Below are positions 1 through 9,409 of a stretch of DNA of 64,000 nt, piece after piece; within the stretch, counting starts at the first letter, position 1; the number at the start of each line of letters is the position of its first letter. A program made the translations under genes and the position numbers. This DNA is from an uncultured Chloroflexia bacterium (GTDB taxonomy: Bacteria; Chloroflexota; Limnocylindria; Limnocylindrales; CSP1-4): NCBI GenBank assembly GCA_963833225.1, contig CAWHXD010000007.1, positions 320,001-384,000 on the forward strand, written 5' to 3'. Under the pieces are notes generated by a model that did no database searches, was not told where the DNA came from, and saw only the letters and a program-made list of their open reading frames with translations.

Positions 1-1
1 C

Positions 2-277
2 GGCGATGCACGCGTCCAGCCCGCCCCACGCGGCCACGAGCCGTTCGACTGCCCCAGAGATCGCGGCTTCGTCGGCAACGTCGGCAGGGAGGACGAGCGC
101 CTCCCCACCCTCGGCCGCGATCCGGGCCGCCACCGACTCGAGCTTGGCCGTCGTCCGGCTGACCAACCCTACGCGGGCGCCCTCGCGCGCAAACAGCAAC
201 GCGGTTGCCTCCCCGATCCCCGACCCGGCCCCGGTTATGAGCGCACGCTTGCCTGCCATGCGTCCGTTGCCCGTCAT
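2..277 (-). CDS. SDR family oxidoreductase (5' part; runs off the window edge)
   Basis: Manual translation MTGNGRMAGKRALITGAGSGIGEATALLFAREGARV shows the TGxxxGIG Rossmann motif; RBS AAGGAGG upstream. Confidence 0.9.
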   Translation of the reverse strand, partial: MTGNGRMAGKRALITGAGSGIGEATALLFAREGARVGLVSRTTAKLESVAARIAAEGGEALVLPADVADEAAISGAVERLVAAWGGLDACIA

Positions 278-309
278 TGCATGCCTCCTTGCGCAACCAG
301 ACCCTGCTG

Positions 310-552
310 TCAGGCGTCTGCCTCGATCCAGGCCATCGGCTCCAGGACGGGCACCTCCGTGCCCGGCGCATGGATGATCTCGACGATCACTCCCGCCGCG
401 GGCGCCTCGAGGTCCAGGTTGGCCTTCTCCGTCTCGATCTCGCCGATGACCTGGCCGGCGCTCACGGTTTCGCCGACCGACACCCGCCAGGGTCCGACGA
501 TCCCGAACTCCATCTCGTAGTTGACCTTCGGCATCGGCACCGCGACGCGCAT
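310..552 (-). CDS. Stand-alone lipoyl/biotinyl domain protein (80 aa)
   Basis: W.VSVGETV..G..IGEIETEKAN..LEAP..G; lipoylation Lys in ETEKA. Confidence 0.9.
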   Translation of the reverse strand: MRVAVPMPKVNYEMEFGIVGPWRVSVGETVSAGQVIGEIETEKANLDLEAPAAGVIVEIIHAPGTEVPVLEPMAWIEADA

Positions 553-1568
553 CAGGCGGGCACCTCGGCTTGCACGGCGTTGACTCCGGCGCCGCGCACC
601 GTATGGCGCACGGCCTCGACAACCCAGCCCGCCTGTGGCAGGACGACATTCTCCAGCTTGGGCGCCATGGGCAGCGGGACATTTCGACCGGCGACGCGGA
701 CGATACCGGTCTTGAGGTCACCGAATCCCTTCGCGGCGACGACCGCCGCCACCTCAGCCCCAAACCCGACCCGCTCGGGCGGTTCCTGGACGATCACGAG
801 GCGGCCCGTCTTGTGGACCGATTCGAGGACGGCGGCCTCGTCCCACGGGACGAGCGTCCGGAGATCGATGACCTCAACCGAGATGCCCTCGCCGGCGAGC
901 ACCGTGGCCGCCTCGAGCGCCAGATGCACCATCTTGGACCAAGCCACGATCGTGCAATCGGTGCCGACGCGCTTGATGTCCGCCACCCCGAATGGCACCA
1001 GGTGCTCGCCCTCGGGCACCTCGCCGTTGAGCATGTAGATGTGCTTGTGCTCCATGAACATCACCGGGTCGTCGAGGCGGATCGCCGTCTTCAGCAGACC
1101 TTTGGCGTCTGCGGGCGTTGCCGGGGCCGCAATGAGCCAGCCCGGGAGATGCGCGAAGAGCGCCTCCAGGCACTGTCCATGCTGGGCGGCGGACGACTTG
1201 TAGCCGCCGCCCGGCGTCCGGACGACGAGGGGAACCGAGACCTGACCGCCAGTCATGTAGCGGATCTTGGGGATCTGGTTCGTCAGCTGGTCCATCGCCA
1301 TCATCGCGAAGTCCATGTGCATCAGCTCGACGACCGGCCGAAGACCGGTGATCGCGCAGCCGAGCGCGACGCCCAGGAAGCCGTTCTCGGCGATCGGCGT
1401 GTTGAGGATCCGGTCGTCGCCGTAGTCGGTCGAGAGCCCCTGTGTGACTCGGAACGTCCCGCCCCATGGCTCGCGGAGATCCTCGCCGATCAGGAAGACG
1501 CGCGGGTCTCGGTCAAGCTCCTCGCGAAGGGCCTCGTTGAGGGCGGCGCGGTAGCGAAGCATCTTCAT
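552..1568 (-). CDS. 2-oxoacid/acetoin dehydrogenase E1 beta subunit
   Basis: ALNEALREEL, GEDL, NTPIAE, LRPVVELM, SAAQHGQCLEA; ATGA overlap with the alpha-subunit stop. Confidence 0.92.
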   Translation of the reverse strand: MKMLRYRAALNEALREELDRDPRVFLIGEDLREPWGGTFRVTQGLSTDYGDDRILNTPIAENGFLGVALGCAITGLRPVVELMHMDFAMMAMDQLTNQIPKIRYMTGGQVSVPLVVRTPGGGYKSSAAQHGQCLEALFAHLPGWLIAAPATPADAKGLLKTAIRLDDPVMFMEHKHIYMLNGEVPEGEHLVPFGVADIKRVGTDCTIVAWSKMVHLALEAATVLAGEGISVEVIDLRTLVPWDEAAVLESVHKTGRLVIVQEPPERVGFGAEVAAVVAAKGFGDLKTGIVRVAGRNVPLPMAPKLENVVLPQAGWVVEAVRHTVRGAGVNAVQAEVPA

Positions 1569-2560
1569 CGAAGGGTCCCCCCGAACGCGACCATGGTGGC
1601 GGGGTCGGCATACAGGTGCTCGAAGGCGGTCTCGATGGCTGGCTCCGGCTGGGCCTCTGCCCATTCGATTGCCTGGTCGATGTGAGCGAGGACTCGTGCG
1701 TCGATCTCGTCGAGCTCGGTATCCGAGACGCCGCGCCCTGTGGCAGTGGCGCGGGCAACGACGAGAGGGTCGCGCGCCTCCCAGGCAGCGACCTCCTCGG
1801 GTGGTCGGTATGCGCCGACGTCGGCTGTGTTGTGGCCGTACCGCCGATAGGTGCGGCATTGCAGGAAGCCCGGCCCTCCGCCGTCGCGAGTGTGAGCAAG
1901 CACGCGTCCCGCACCTTCCGCCACGGCGTCGATGTCGTTGCCGTCGACCGCCTCGGCGGTGATCCCGTAGCTCCGAACGTACTCGAGAACGTCCGGGATC
2001 CCGCTGTAGAAGCGTGCGGCCGTGGACTCCGCGTACTGGTTGTCAACACGCACGATGACCAGGGGGAGCTGCCACAGCGATGCCATGTTGAGCGTCTCGT
2101 GTGTTGCGCCGTTCATCAGTGCGCCGTCGCCGATGTACGCGACGACCACACCCGGCAGGCCCTGCTGCTTCTTCGACAGCGCGGCTCCTGCCGCTATCGG
2201 CATGTTCGCACCGACGATCCCGTTCGCCCCCAGGACGCCGCGCGAGACGTCAGTGACGTGCATGGATCCGCCCTTGCCACCGCAGTAGCCGCCCTGCCGC
2301 GCGAGGAGCTCCGCGAACATCCCCTCGATCGCGACGCCCTTGGCGATCATGTCGCCGTGCCCGCGGTGCGTGGTCAGGATCTGATCCTCCGGCCGCAGAC
2401 GCAGGCCGACGCCCGCCGAGACCGCCTCCTGCCACACGGACACGTGGACGAACCCCGGAGCCTTGGCCTGACCGTGCAGCCTGAGAAGCGCCTCTTCAAA
2501 CTCCCGGATCAGGCGCATCGTCTCGTACGCCGCTAGGAACTCCGCCCTCGAAAGGCGCAT
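1565..2560 (-). CDS. 2-oxoacid/acetoin dehydrogenase E1 alpha subunit
   Basis: THRGHG, GKGGSMH, GDGA...N ThDP motif, TYRRYGH; RBS AGGAGG. Confidence 0.92.
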   Translation of the reverse strand: MRLSRAEFLAAYETMRLIREFEEALLRLHGQAKAPGFVHVSVWQEAVSAGVGLRLRPEDQILTTHRGHGDMIAKGVAIEGMFAELLARQGGYCGGKGGSMHVTDVSRGVLGANGIVGANMPIAAGAALSKKQQGLPGVVVAYIGDGALMNGATHETLNMASLWQLPLVIVRVDNQYAESTAARFYSGIPDVLEYVRSYGITAEAVDGNDIDAVAEGAGRVLAHTRDGGGPGFLQCRTYRRYGHNTADVGAYRPPEEVAAWEARDPLVVARATATGRGVSDTELDEIDARVLAHIDQAIEWAEAQPEPAIETAFEHLYADPATMVAFGGTLR

Positions 2561-2586
2561 CGACGCCGACCCTCCTGTTCAAGTAA

Positions 2587-2608
2587 TCATCATACCGGTC
2601 ATACCACA
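2587..2608 (-). promoter_or_regulatory. FadR-type operator, type B (TGGTATGACCGGTATGATGA), just downstream of -10 TACCGT
   Basis: Shares GGTATGACCGG with the site at 26125-26146; resembles FadR-subfamily TGGT-N3-ACC boxes. Confidence 0.55.
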
Positions 2609-2857
2609 TTACGGTACCCTGCGCCCACGGATTGTGCACGCCGGACGGCGACCGAGGCTGGGGTGTCGTCCCTGCGAGGGTGGGGTCGGAGTTGAGATCG
2701 GAGCCAGTTGCCGAAGGCTTCACCGACGGCGGATGATGGTGATCGCATGGACAGACAGCGCGTGGCTGCCCCGACGCCCACGGCAGGGCCGCCGGTGCAG
2801 CAGGTGGAGGCGGCATTCCAGCTTCGTCCAATGGAACACCCACCACGAGAGGCCCCG

Positions 2858-3538
2858 ATGACGCGGACGCTGGTGCTGGTTCACACGATCCCCATCCTCG
2901 TCGACGTGTTCGATGTCTGGTGTCCCACGCAGCTTCCAGGCGTCCGCGTCCTCCACGTGCTGGACGAGCCGATGCTTGAGCGGGTCAAACAGCGGGGGCA
3001 TCGTGCACCGGAAGACGACGACCGCCTCGCCGAGCACATCGCCGGAGCGGAGGCGATCGGCGCCGACGCCGTGCTCGTCACGTGTTCCACCATGTCGCTG
3101 TCGGTTGAAGCGGTCCGTGCCCGTGCCCGGATCCAGGTGTTCACGATCGATGACCCGATGATCCGGGCGGCCGTCGGCATCGGCGACCGCATCGCGGTCG
3201 TCGCCACGGCGGCCACCACGCTCGAGCCCACGCGCCTGATGCTTGAACACGAAGGCGCCAGGGTTGGCCGCTCGCTGACCATCCGGCTTCGCCTCGTCGA
3301 CGATGCCCTCCCGGCACTCCTGGCAGGCGATCCGGACACGCACGACCACCTCGTCGTCACGGCTGTCAGGGAAGTTGCACAAGACGCCGATGTCGTCCTG
3401 CTCGCGCAGGCCACCATGGCGCGCGTCATGGACACCCTGGCGGAGCGCCCGGTGGCGGTGCCCGTCCTCGCGAGCCCGCAGCTGGCCCTCGCCGAGGTCC
3501 GGCGAGGTCTCGAGTCCCAGAGGCCGGCTTCTCGCTAA
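2858..3538 (+). CDS. Asp/Glu/hydantoin racemase family protein
   Basis: LVHT, DAVLVTCST, IDDPM, VATAATTLEPT, DVVLLAQATMA, PVLASP; only one of the two catalytic Cys is present. Confidence 0.75.
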   Translation: MTRTLVLVHTIPILVDVFDVWCPTQLPGVRVLHVLDEPMLERVKQRGHRAPEDDDRLAEHIAGAEAIGADAVLVTCSTMSLSVEAVRARARIQVFTIDDPMIRAAVGIGDRIAVVATAATTLEPTRLMLEHEGARVGRSLTIRLRLVDDALPALLAGDPDTHDHLVVTAVREVAQDADVVLLAQATMARVMDTLAERPVAVPVLASPQLALAEVRRGLESQRPASR

Positions 3539-3583
3539 GAGAGGCCGGGCCGGATCGAGCGCATCACACCCGCGCTCGCGGCG

Positions 3584-5026
3584 TCAGGGCTGCTCGAGGT
3601 CCGCATCAGCCCGCTCAACGATTCCGGCGAGATCCCGCAGGACCTCGTCGGGCAGCGGCTCCACGACATGAGTGGCGAGGATCGCATGCGCCCGGTCACG
3701 GGCGCGGCCTTCCATCGACCGCATGCTGCCGGCCTCCCGGCCCCCCGAACCCCGGCGCTCGGCCAGGGGGAGGTCGATGAGCTCGCCCGTGCGGAAGTAG
3801 TCGATCGTGTGGTCATCAGCAAGGAAGTCGCCTCGCGGACCGACCCGGGCCAGGGCTTCGAAGCCGAGCGACTCCTCGTCCACCGAGATGCCACGCAGCC
3901 AGCGCCGGGCCATGGAAATCAGCTCATCGTCGATGACGAGCTGCACCGGGCTGAGCGCCATGACGGTCTGCACGCTCCCAGCCCCCACCACGAGGCGTCC
4001 CCCCGAGAGCACCTGCGCAACGGACAGGAGGGACTTCTGGAGCATTGCGTGCCCGAGGGTGAATCCATCGGCGGTCATGCCGATGGCCTGGGTGGGCAGG
4101 CCGTAGAGCTCTGACCCCAGTTGAGAGATGGCCGCCACGAGGAGGCCCACCTCGGGCGCTCCCATCAGGGCGTTGCCGCTGCGCATATCCGGCACGACCG
4201 GGTCCATGAAGAAGGCCATGGGGTGACCCGGTCGCTTCGTCTGCACCAAGGTCATGGTCCCCAGGTACTCGGCGTTGGCCTGGGCGAGGGTGCCCGCAAG
4301 AGTGATGGGGGCACTGATGCCGGCGATCGGCATGATGGGCAGGTCGAGCGGGATCCCGTAGTCGATGGCGAGGAGGATCTGCGCGGTGTCGTCCTCTTGG
4401 AGGAACAGCGGCGAGATGGGCGACGCCTGGTGGTGGATGAGCGGTCGCTCGGCGAGGGCCTCGCGAGTCCCCCGCACGGCGAGGGCCATCTCGATGAGGT
4501 AGCGCTGGTTCTTCAGGGTGAACGCATTGTGGATGATGCACGTGCGCTGGGACTTCAGCAGGGCGTGCAGGCTGTGGAGGTCCGCGGTCGGCTGCGGGAC
4601 ATCTCCGCAGTGGAGGGTGGCGACGCTGTGGATGTTGGGCAGAGCGTCCACGAGGGTCGCGAACTCCCGCCAGTCGGCGATGCGAGCCCGGTGGTGTTGC
4701 CCGTTCTCGAGGTCGATGTAGCCCGTGGCACCGCCCGGCACGCGAGCGTAGATGTCGCCATCGACGGTGACCGTGATGTCCTGCGCGGGGGTGCGCCCAT
4801 GGTACGTGTACGCGCGGGGGACGAGGGCGAGGCTGCGCTCGATCAGGTCCGGTGGGAAGCGCACCAGCTTCGTCACCCGGTCCACGCGCGCGCCGGCGCC
4901 CTCGAGCAGATCGAGCGCCTCCGCGTGGTCCACCAGCATCCCGATCTCGTCAAGGATCCGCAGGGACGTCTCGTGGACCCGCTGGAGGCCTTCCGGGCTC
5001 AAGACCCGCAGGAATTGCCCAGACAT
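3584..5026 (-). CDS. Trimethylamine methyltransferase (MttB) family protein, non-pyrrolysine
   Basis: VHETSLRILDEIG, SPISPL, APITLAGTLAQANAE, GAPE, QLVIDDE, GPRGDFL...HT; no in-frame TAG. Confidence 0.88.
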   Translation of the reverse strand: MSGQFLRVLSPEGLQRVHETSLRILDEIGMLVDHAEALDLLEGAGARVDRVTKLVRFPPDLIERSLALVPRAYTYHGRTPAQDITVTVDGDIYARVPGGATGYIDLENGQHHRARIADWREFATLVDALPNIHSVATLHCGDVPQPTADLHSLHALLKSQRTCIIHNAFTLKNQRYLIEMALAVRGTREALAERPLIHHQASPISPLFLQEDDTAQILLAIDYGIPLDLPIMPIAGISAPITLAGTLAQANAEYLGTMTLVQTKRPGHPMAFFMDPVVPDMRSGNALMGAPEVGLLVAAISQLGSELYGLPTQAIGMTADGFTLGHAMLQKSLLSVAQVLSGGRLVVGAGSVQTVMALSPVQLVIDDELISMARRWLRGISVDEESLGFEALARVGPRGDFLADDHTIDYFRTGELIDLPLAERRGSGGREAGSMRSMEGRARDRAHAILATHVVEPLPDEVLRDLAGIVERADADLEQP

Positions 5027-5142
5027 CGACAATCCTCCGAAGCTCCGCCCCTGATCGTGCCGCCGCGCTGGAACCAGGGCGGACGGTCGCCCGTGTCCAT
5101 GTCCAGCGAGATGGCCGCTGGCCCCGGGTCTGCGGAAGGGAC

Positions 5143-5162
5143 GTGGTCAACCGGTAAGCCAA
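5143..5162. promoter_or_regulatory. Island operator type A (GTGGTCAACCGGTAAGCCAA), overlapping the -35 of the TGGTCA-N17-TAGAAT promoter
   Basis: Matches the consensus of 4 other sites; lies in a divergent intergenic region. Confidence 0.7.
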
Positions 5163-5265
5163 CCGATAGAATACGGCAAGCGGACCGCCGGCTGGCGCTG
5201 TCGACGTCGTTGCGCTTGGCCGTGTCCGTCAGAAGCGACCCTACCCAGCTTCCGGAGGTCACCCG

Positions 5266-7632
5266 TTGGACACGTCGCAGCACACTGAAGCCGACGAGCT
5301 GTATGCGGCGGCGGCGCTCGATTTCGGGCACTACGAGATCCTCAAGGACCTCGTAGACGAGTGCATTGACCTCTCGCTCAACTGCCGGCAATCCGGCCAT
5401 CCGGGAGGCTCGCGATCGAAGGTCCACCTGCTGCTGGCGACGCTGCTGTCGGGGGCCATGCGCTGGGACCTGCAACGGCCCTGGCGCCGGTTTGGGGACC
5501 GCTTCGTCCTGTCCGCCGGCCACACCGTCCCGCTGGTGTACGCGACGCTGGCCATCCTCAACGAGGGGCTCCGGGCGCGCCACGAGCTTGACGGCGACGA
5601 GCGGTTCTCATTTCCCGACGACGGTCGCTGGGCACTCACCTGGGAGGACCTTCTCACGCTTCGGCACCGCGGCGGCCTGCCCGGCCATGCCGAGATGGCG
5701 GGCAAGACGCTGTTCCTCAAGGCCAACACGGGCCCGTCGGGCCACGGAATGCCGGTCGCGGCCGGCGAGGCGCTTGCGCTGCGTCTGGCGGGGTGCGAAG
5801 AGGTCAAGGTGTTCGCCGTCGAAGGCGAAGGTGGACTCACCCCCGGGGCCGCGCACGAGACGAAGAACACGGCTTGGGGGCTGGGCCTCTCGAACCTTGT
5901 CTTTCTCGTCGACTGGAATGACTTCGGGATCGATGTCCGTACCGCGTCGTCCGTCGTTCCCGGGGAGCCGGACGACTGGTTCCGGCCGTACGGCTGGCGC
6001 GTGGTGGGAACCGGGGAGGGGATGGAGTGGCCCACCGCTGTCCGGACGGTGCTCGAGGCGGCCCGTGGGGCGAACCCCGAGCGAGTGCCGAGCGTGGCCT
6101 GGTTCCGGACCCGCAAAGGGCGCGGGTATGGCAAATACGACGCGCCGTCGCACGGGGTGCCCCACGGCATGAACAGCCCGGAGTTCTGGGCAGCCCGCAA
6201 GGACTTCATGGCCCGCTATGGCGTCGCCTACACGGGCGTCGACGAACCAGCACCGAGTGACGCCGCTGACCGCCAGGCGCAGGCCGAGGAGAACTTCCGG
6301 GTCGTGGTTTCCGTGCTCCGCCGGGACCCGGACCTCGTCCGGTGGCTCTCGGACCGGCTCCTCGCGATCGCGGCGACAGTACCCGACGTGATCGCTGGCG
6401 CCACCCTGGGCGGACGGACCTCCGACGTCTTCCGTGACCCGCGATTCACGGACTTCCGGTCCTATCCGGCGGAGATGTATCAGGCTCCCGGCACACGGCA
6501 CCCGAACCGCGCCGCCCTCGGCGCGTGGGGATCCTGGGTCAATGCCGTGGCAAGGGCCGACTACGGACGCCCGTTGTTCATCGTCTGCTCGGCCGACCTC
6601 GCCGAGTCCACCAGCATTGCCGGGTTCGGCAAGGACTGGGGTGACCTACCGGGCTGGGGCTGGTACGAGCGCAACGGGAATCCCCGGGGAGTCGTCCTGC
6701 CCCAGGAGATCACGGAGTTCACGAACGCTGGGCTCCTCGCGGGCATGGCCAGCGTCAATCTGGCTGAGAACCCGATGACGGAGTTCGAGGGCTTCTGGGG
6801 CGCTTGTTCCACGTACGCCTCGTTCTCGTATCTCAAGTATGGGCCGCTCAGGCTGTTCAGCCAGATGGCCCAGGACGCGGACATGCGGCTTGGCAAGATC
6901 CTGTGGGTGGCGGGCCACTCCGGCCCCGAGACGGCCGAGGACTCGCGAACGCACTTCGGCATCTTCGCGCCCGGTGTCACCCAGCTCTTCCCGGAAGGCT
7001 CCGTTATCGATCTCCACCCGTGGGAGTACAACGAGGTCCCGGTCGTCCTGGGCGCCGCGCTCGCACAGGACGCTCCGATCGTGGCGTTGCACCTCACGCG
7101 ACCCGCGATCGAGATACCCGATCGCGCCCGGCTGGGCGTGCCCTCCCATTTCGAGGCCGGGCGTGGCGCCTACATCATGCGCGACTATCGTCCCGACCAG
7201 CCTCGCATGGGCACCGTATTCGTTCGGGGAACGGCCCCGACGGCCAACCTCTTGAGCGTTCTGGCGGACCTCGACCGGGCGGGCCTGAACGTGAAGATCG
7301 TGGCCGCGATCAGTCCGCAGCTCTTCCGGCTCCAGGACGCGCAGTACCGGGCAGCGGTCGTCTCGGAGGCGGACCGCTGGGATGCGATGGCCATCACCAG
7401 CGGGGCGTTCGCCTTGATGCGGGACTGGGTCGGTGGCCCGCTGGCCGCCGACTATTCCCTCTCGGCGGACTGGGACGACCGATGGCGAACCGGCGGCAGC
7501 ATCGAGGAGGTCCTGGCGGAGGCACAGCTGACGCCCGAGCACATCCTCGCCGGGATCGAGCGCTTTGCCCGCGACCGCGACGAGCGCGTACGGCGGCTCA
7601 GGGCACTGGTCGAGGAAGTGGCGGCGCCCTGA
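5266..7632 (+). CDS. Transketolase-like ThDP enzyme (788 aa, divergent)
   Basis: SGHPGGS, DRFVLSAGH, LPGHAE, NTGPSGHG, SADLAEST, GPETAEDSRTH. Confidence 0.85.
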   Translation: MDTSQHTEADELYAAAALDFGHYEILKDLVDECIDLSLNCRQSGHPGGSRSKVHLLLATLLSGAMRWDLQRPWRRFGDRFVLSAGHTVPLVYATLAILNEGLRARHELDGDERFSFPDDGRWALTWEDLLTLRHRGGLPGHAEMAGKTLFLKANTGPSGHGMPVAAGEALALRLAGCEEVKVFAVEGEGGLTPGAAHETKNTAWGLGLSNLVFLVDWNDFGIDVRTASSVVPGEPDDWFRPYGWRVVGTGEGMEWPTAVRTVLEAARGANPERVPSVAWFRTRKGRGYGKYDAPSHGVPHGMNSPEFWAARKDFMARYGVAYTGVDEPAPSDAADRQAQAEENFRVVVSVLRRDPDLVRWLSDRLLAIAATVPDVIAGATLGGRTSDVFRDPRFTDFRSYPAEMYQAPGTRHPNRAALGAWGSWVNAVARADYGRPLFIVCSADLAESTSIAGFGKDWGDLPGWGWYERNGNPRGVVLPQEITEFTNAGLLAGMASVNLAENPMTEFEGFWGACSTYASFSYLKYGPLRLFSQMAQDADMRLGKILWVAGHSGPETAEDSRTHFGIFAPGVTQLFPEGSVIDLHPWEYNEVPVVLGAALAQDAPIVALHLTRPAIEIPDRARLGVPSHFEAGRGAYIMRDYRPDQPRMGTVFVRGTAPTANLLSVLADLDRAGLNVKIVAAISPQLFRLQDAQYRAAVVSEADRWDAMAITSGAFALMRDWVGGPLAADYSLSADWDDRWRTGGSIEEVLAEAQLTPEHILAGIERFARDRDERVRRLRALVEEVAAP

Positions 7633-7708
7633 TGTCCATCACGGGCTCCAGCGCCCGCTCAGGGCGGCGCGGCCCAGCCGGAAGCACAGCCATCGGCCGG
7701 GAGATGGG

Positions 7709-8575
7709 GTGAGGTTCGACGCGAACCTATCGATCCTGTTTGGAGATCAACCGCTGCTGGATCGACCCGCGGCGGCAGCGGCGGCCGGGTTCGACGCGGT
7801 CGAGATGTGGTGGCCGTTCGAGGACCTCGTCCCGGCGGCGGCCGACGTGGATCGCCTCGTGCAATCCTTCGGCGAGGCGGGTGTCGCCCTGGTCTCCATG
7901 AACCTGACGCTGGGCGATGTCAACGCGGGCCAGCACGGCCTGGTCGCGCTGCCCAGCGAACGGTCCCGGTTCCGGGACCATCTCGACGCGGCTGTGGCCA
8001 TCGCCGGTCGCCTCGGGGGCCAGGTGCTGAACGCCCTCTATGGGAATCCCCCTGGCAGGATCGCCCGTGACCTCCTCGATGACACGGCCGTGGAGAACCT
8101 GGCCCTTGCCGCGCGGCGCGCTGCCGGGATCGGAGCGACAGTCGTCGTGGAGGCCCTCAATCCCGTTGATTTCCCGCGCTACGGGCTCCATCGAACCGGG
8201 GACTCCCTGGCCCTCGCCGATCGGGTGCGGGCGGAGACCGGGGAGGACGTCTCGATCCTGTTCGACGTCTACAACGTCCAGCGCTCCGAAGGTGACCTCC
8301 TCGCCCGGATCGCCGCGCACGCCGGCCGCTTCGGCCACGTCCAGATCGCGGACGTCCCCGGGCGACTCCGGCCCGGGACGGGCGAGATCGCGTTCGAACG
8401 CGTCCTGCCCGCGCTCGAGGCAGCCGGGTACCGTGGCTACGTCGGGCTCGAGTACCGGCCGTCGGCAGACCCGGCCGACACATTCGCCTGGCTTCCCGTC
8501 GAGCATCGCCGCACCCGTGCCACTGGCGCGGCACGCGAGCGACACGGGGGGCGCGATGATCGTCCGAGCGCGTGA
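7709..8575 (+). CDS. Hydroxypyruvate isomerase (Hyi/OtnI) family TIM-barrel protein
   Basis: RFDANLSILF, AAAAGFDAVE.WWP, VEALN, FDVYN.Q..EG, HVQIADVPGR..PGTGE, GLEY. Confidence 0.88.
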   Translation: MRFDANLSILFGDQPLLDRPAAAAAAGFDAVEMWWPFEDLVPAAADVDRLVQSFGEAGVALVSMNLTLGDVNAGQHGLVALPSERSRFRDHLDAAVAIAGRLGGQVLNALYGNPPGRIARDLLDDTAVENLALAARRAAGIGATVVVEALNPVDFPRYGLHRTGDSLALADRVRAETGEDVSILFDVYNVQRSEGDLLARIAAHAGRFGHVQIADVPGRLRPGTGEIAFERVLPALEAAGYRGYVGLEYRPSADPADTFAWLPVEHRRTRATGAARERHGGRDDRPSA

Positions 8576-8614
8576 TGGGTGATAGCGGGAATCCGGTGGC
8601 ACTACAATAGTCCA

Positions 8615-9406
8615 ATGCTGTCCGACCTCGGGTTCACTGACCTTCGGACCCGCGAGCCGATCTCCTCCGAGATCACGCGTCGCCTCGTCCGCTACCTGAT
8701 CTCGGGCGAAATCCAGCCAGGCGAGCGTCTGCCTTCGGAGCGCAAGCTGGCGGAGTCCTTCGGTGTCGGTCGGAGCCACGTCCGCCAGGCCATCAAGTCG
8801 CTCGCCATCCTTGGCCTCATCGACGTTCGCCAGGGCGACGGCACGTATCTCAAGCGGACAGATTCACCGCTCCTGCCATTGGCGATCGAGTGGGGCCTCA
8901 TGCTCGGTGTGAAGCGCACTGCGGACCTCATTGGCGCACGCCAGCAGCTTGAGATCCTTCTCGCCGGGCTGGCGGCTGAACGGCGCACGGATGAACAGCT
9001 CGCCGAGATGCACCGGCTCCTCCTCGTCATGAAGCGGTCGCCGGGAACTGACGAGTTCGTGGACGCGGACGTTGCCCTCCATCTCGAGATCACCCAGGCA
9101 GCCGGGAACCAATCCATGATCCAGATCATGCGGAGCATCCGGACGCTCCTCGAGGTCTGGGTCCACCGGGTGGTTTACACACCTGGGACGGCTCAGCCCA
9201 CCTGGGCCGAGCACGCGGCCATCGTCGATGCGATCGAGCACGGGGACCCAGCCGGGGCCCGCGCCTTGATGGAAGAACATATGGTCCGGGCGCTGGCGCG
9301 ACTCCAGAGCACGCTGTCCGAGCACGAGGGCGACGAGCACGGGCGGCCGCGCGTCACATCGCCGAGCGCGAAGGCCACGACAGCCGGCCGCGCTGAAGCT
9401 GGCTGA
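8615..9406 (+). CDS. FadR/GntR family transcriptional regulator 1
   Basis: wHTH PGERLPSERKLAESFGVGR, then FCD domain; TACAAT 6 nt before ATG suggests a leaderless mRNA. Confidence 0.92.
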   Translation: MLSDLGFTDLRTREPISSEITRRLVRYLISGEIQPGERLPSERKLAESFGVGRSHVRQAIKSLAILGLIDVRQGDGTYLKRTDSPLLPLAIEWGLMLGVKRTADLIGARQQLEILLAGLAAERRTDEQLAEMHRLLLVMKRSPGTDEFVDADVALHLEITQAAGNQSMIQIMRSIRTLLEVWVHRVVYTPGTAQPTWAEHAAIVDAIEHGDPAGARALMEEHMVRALARLQSTLSEHEGDEHGRPRVTSPSAKATTAGRAEAG

Positions 9407-9409
9407 AGG

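Noticed and set aside
3584-5026. Pyrrolysine recoding in the MttB homolog
   Set aside because: The ORF has no internal TAG and no pyl genes are present.
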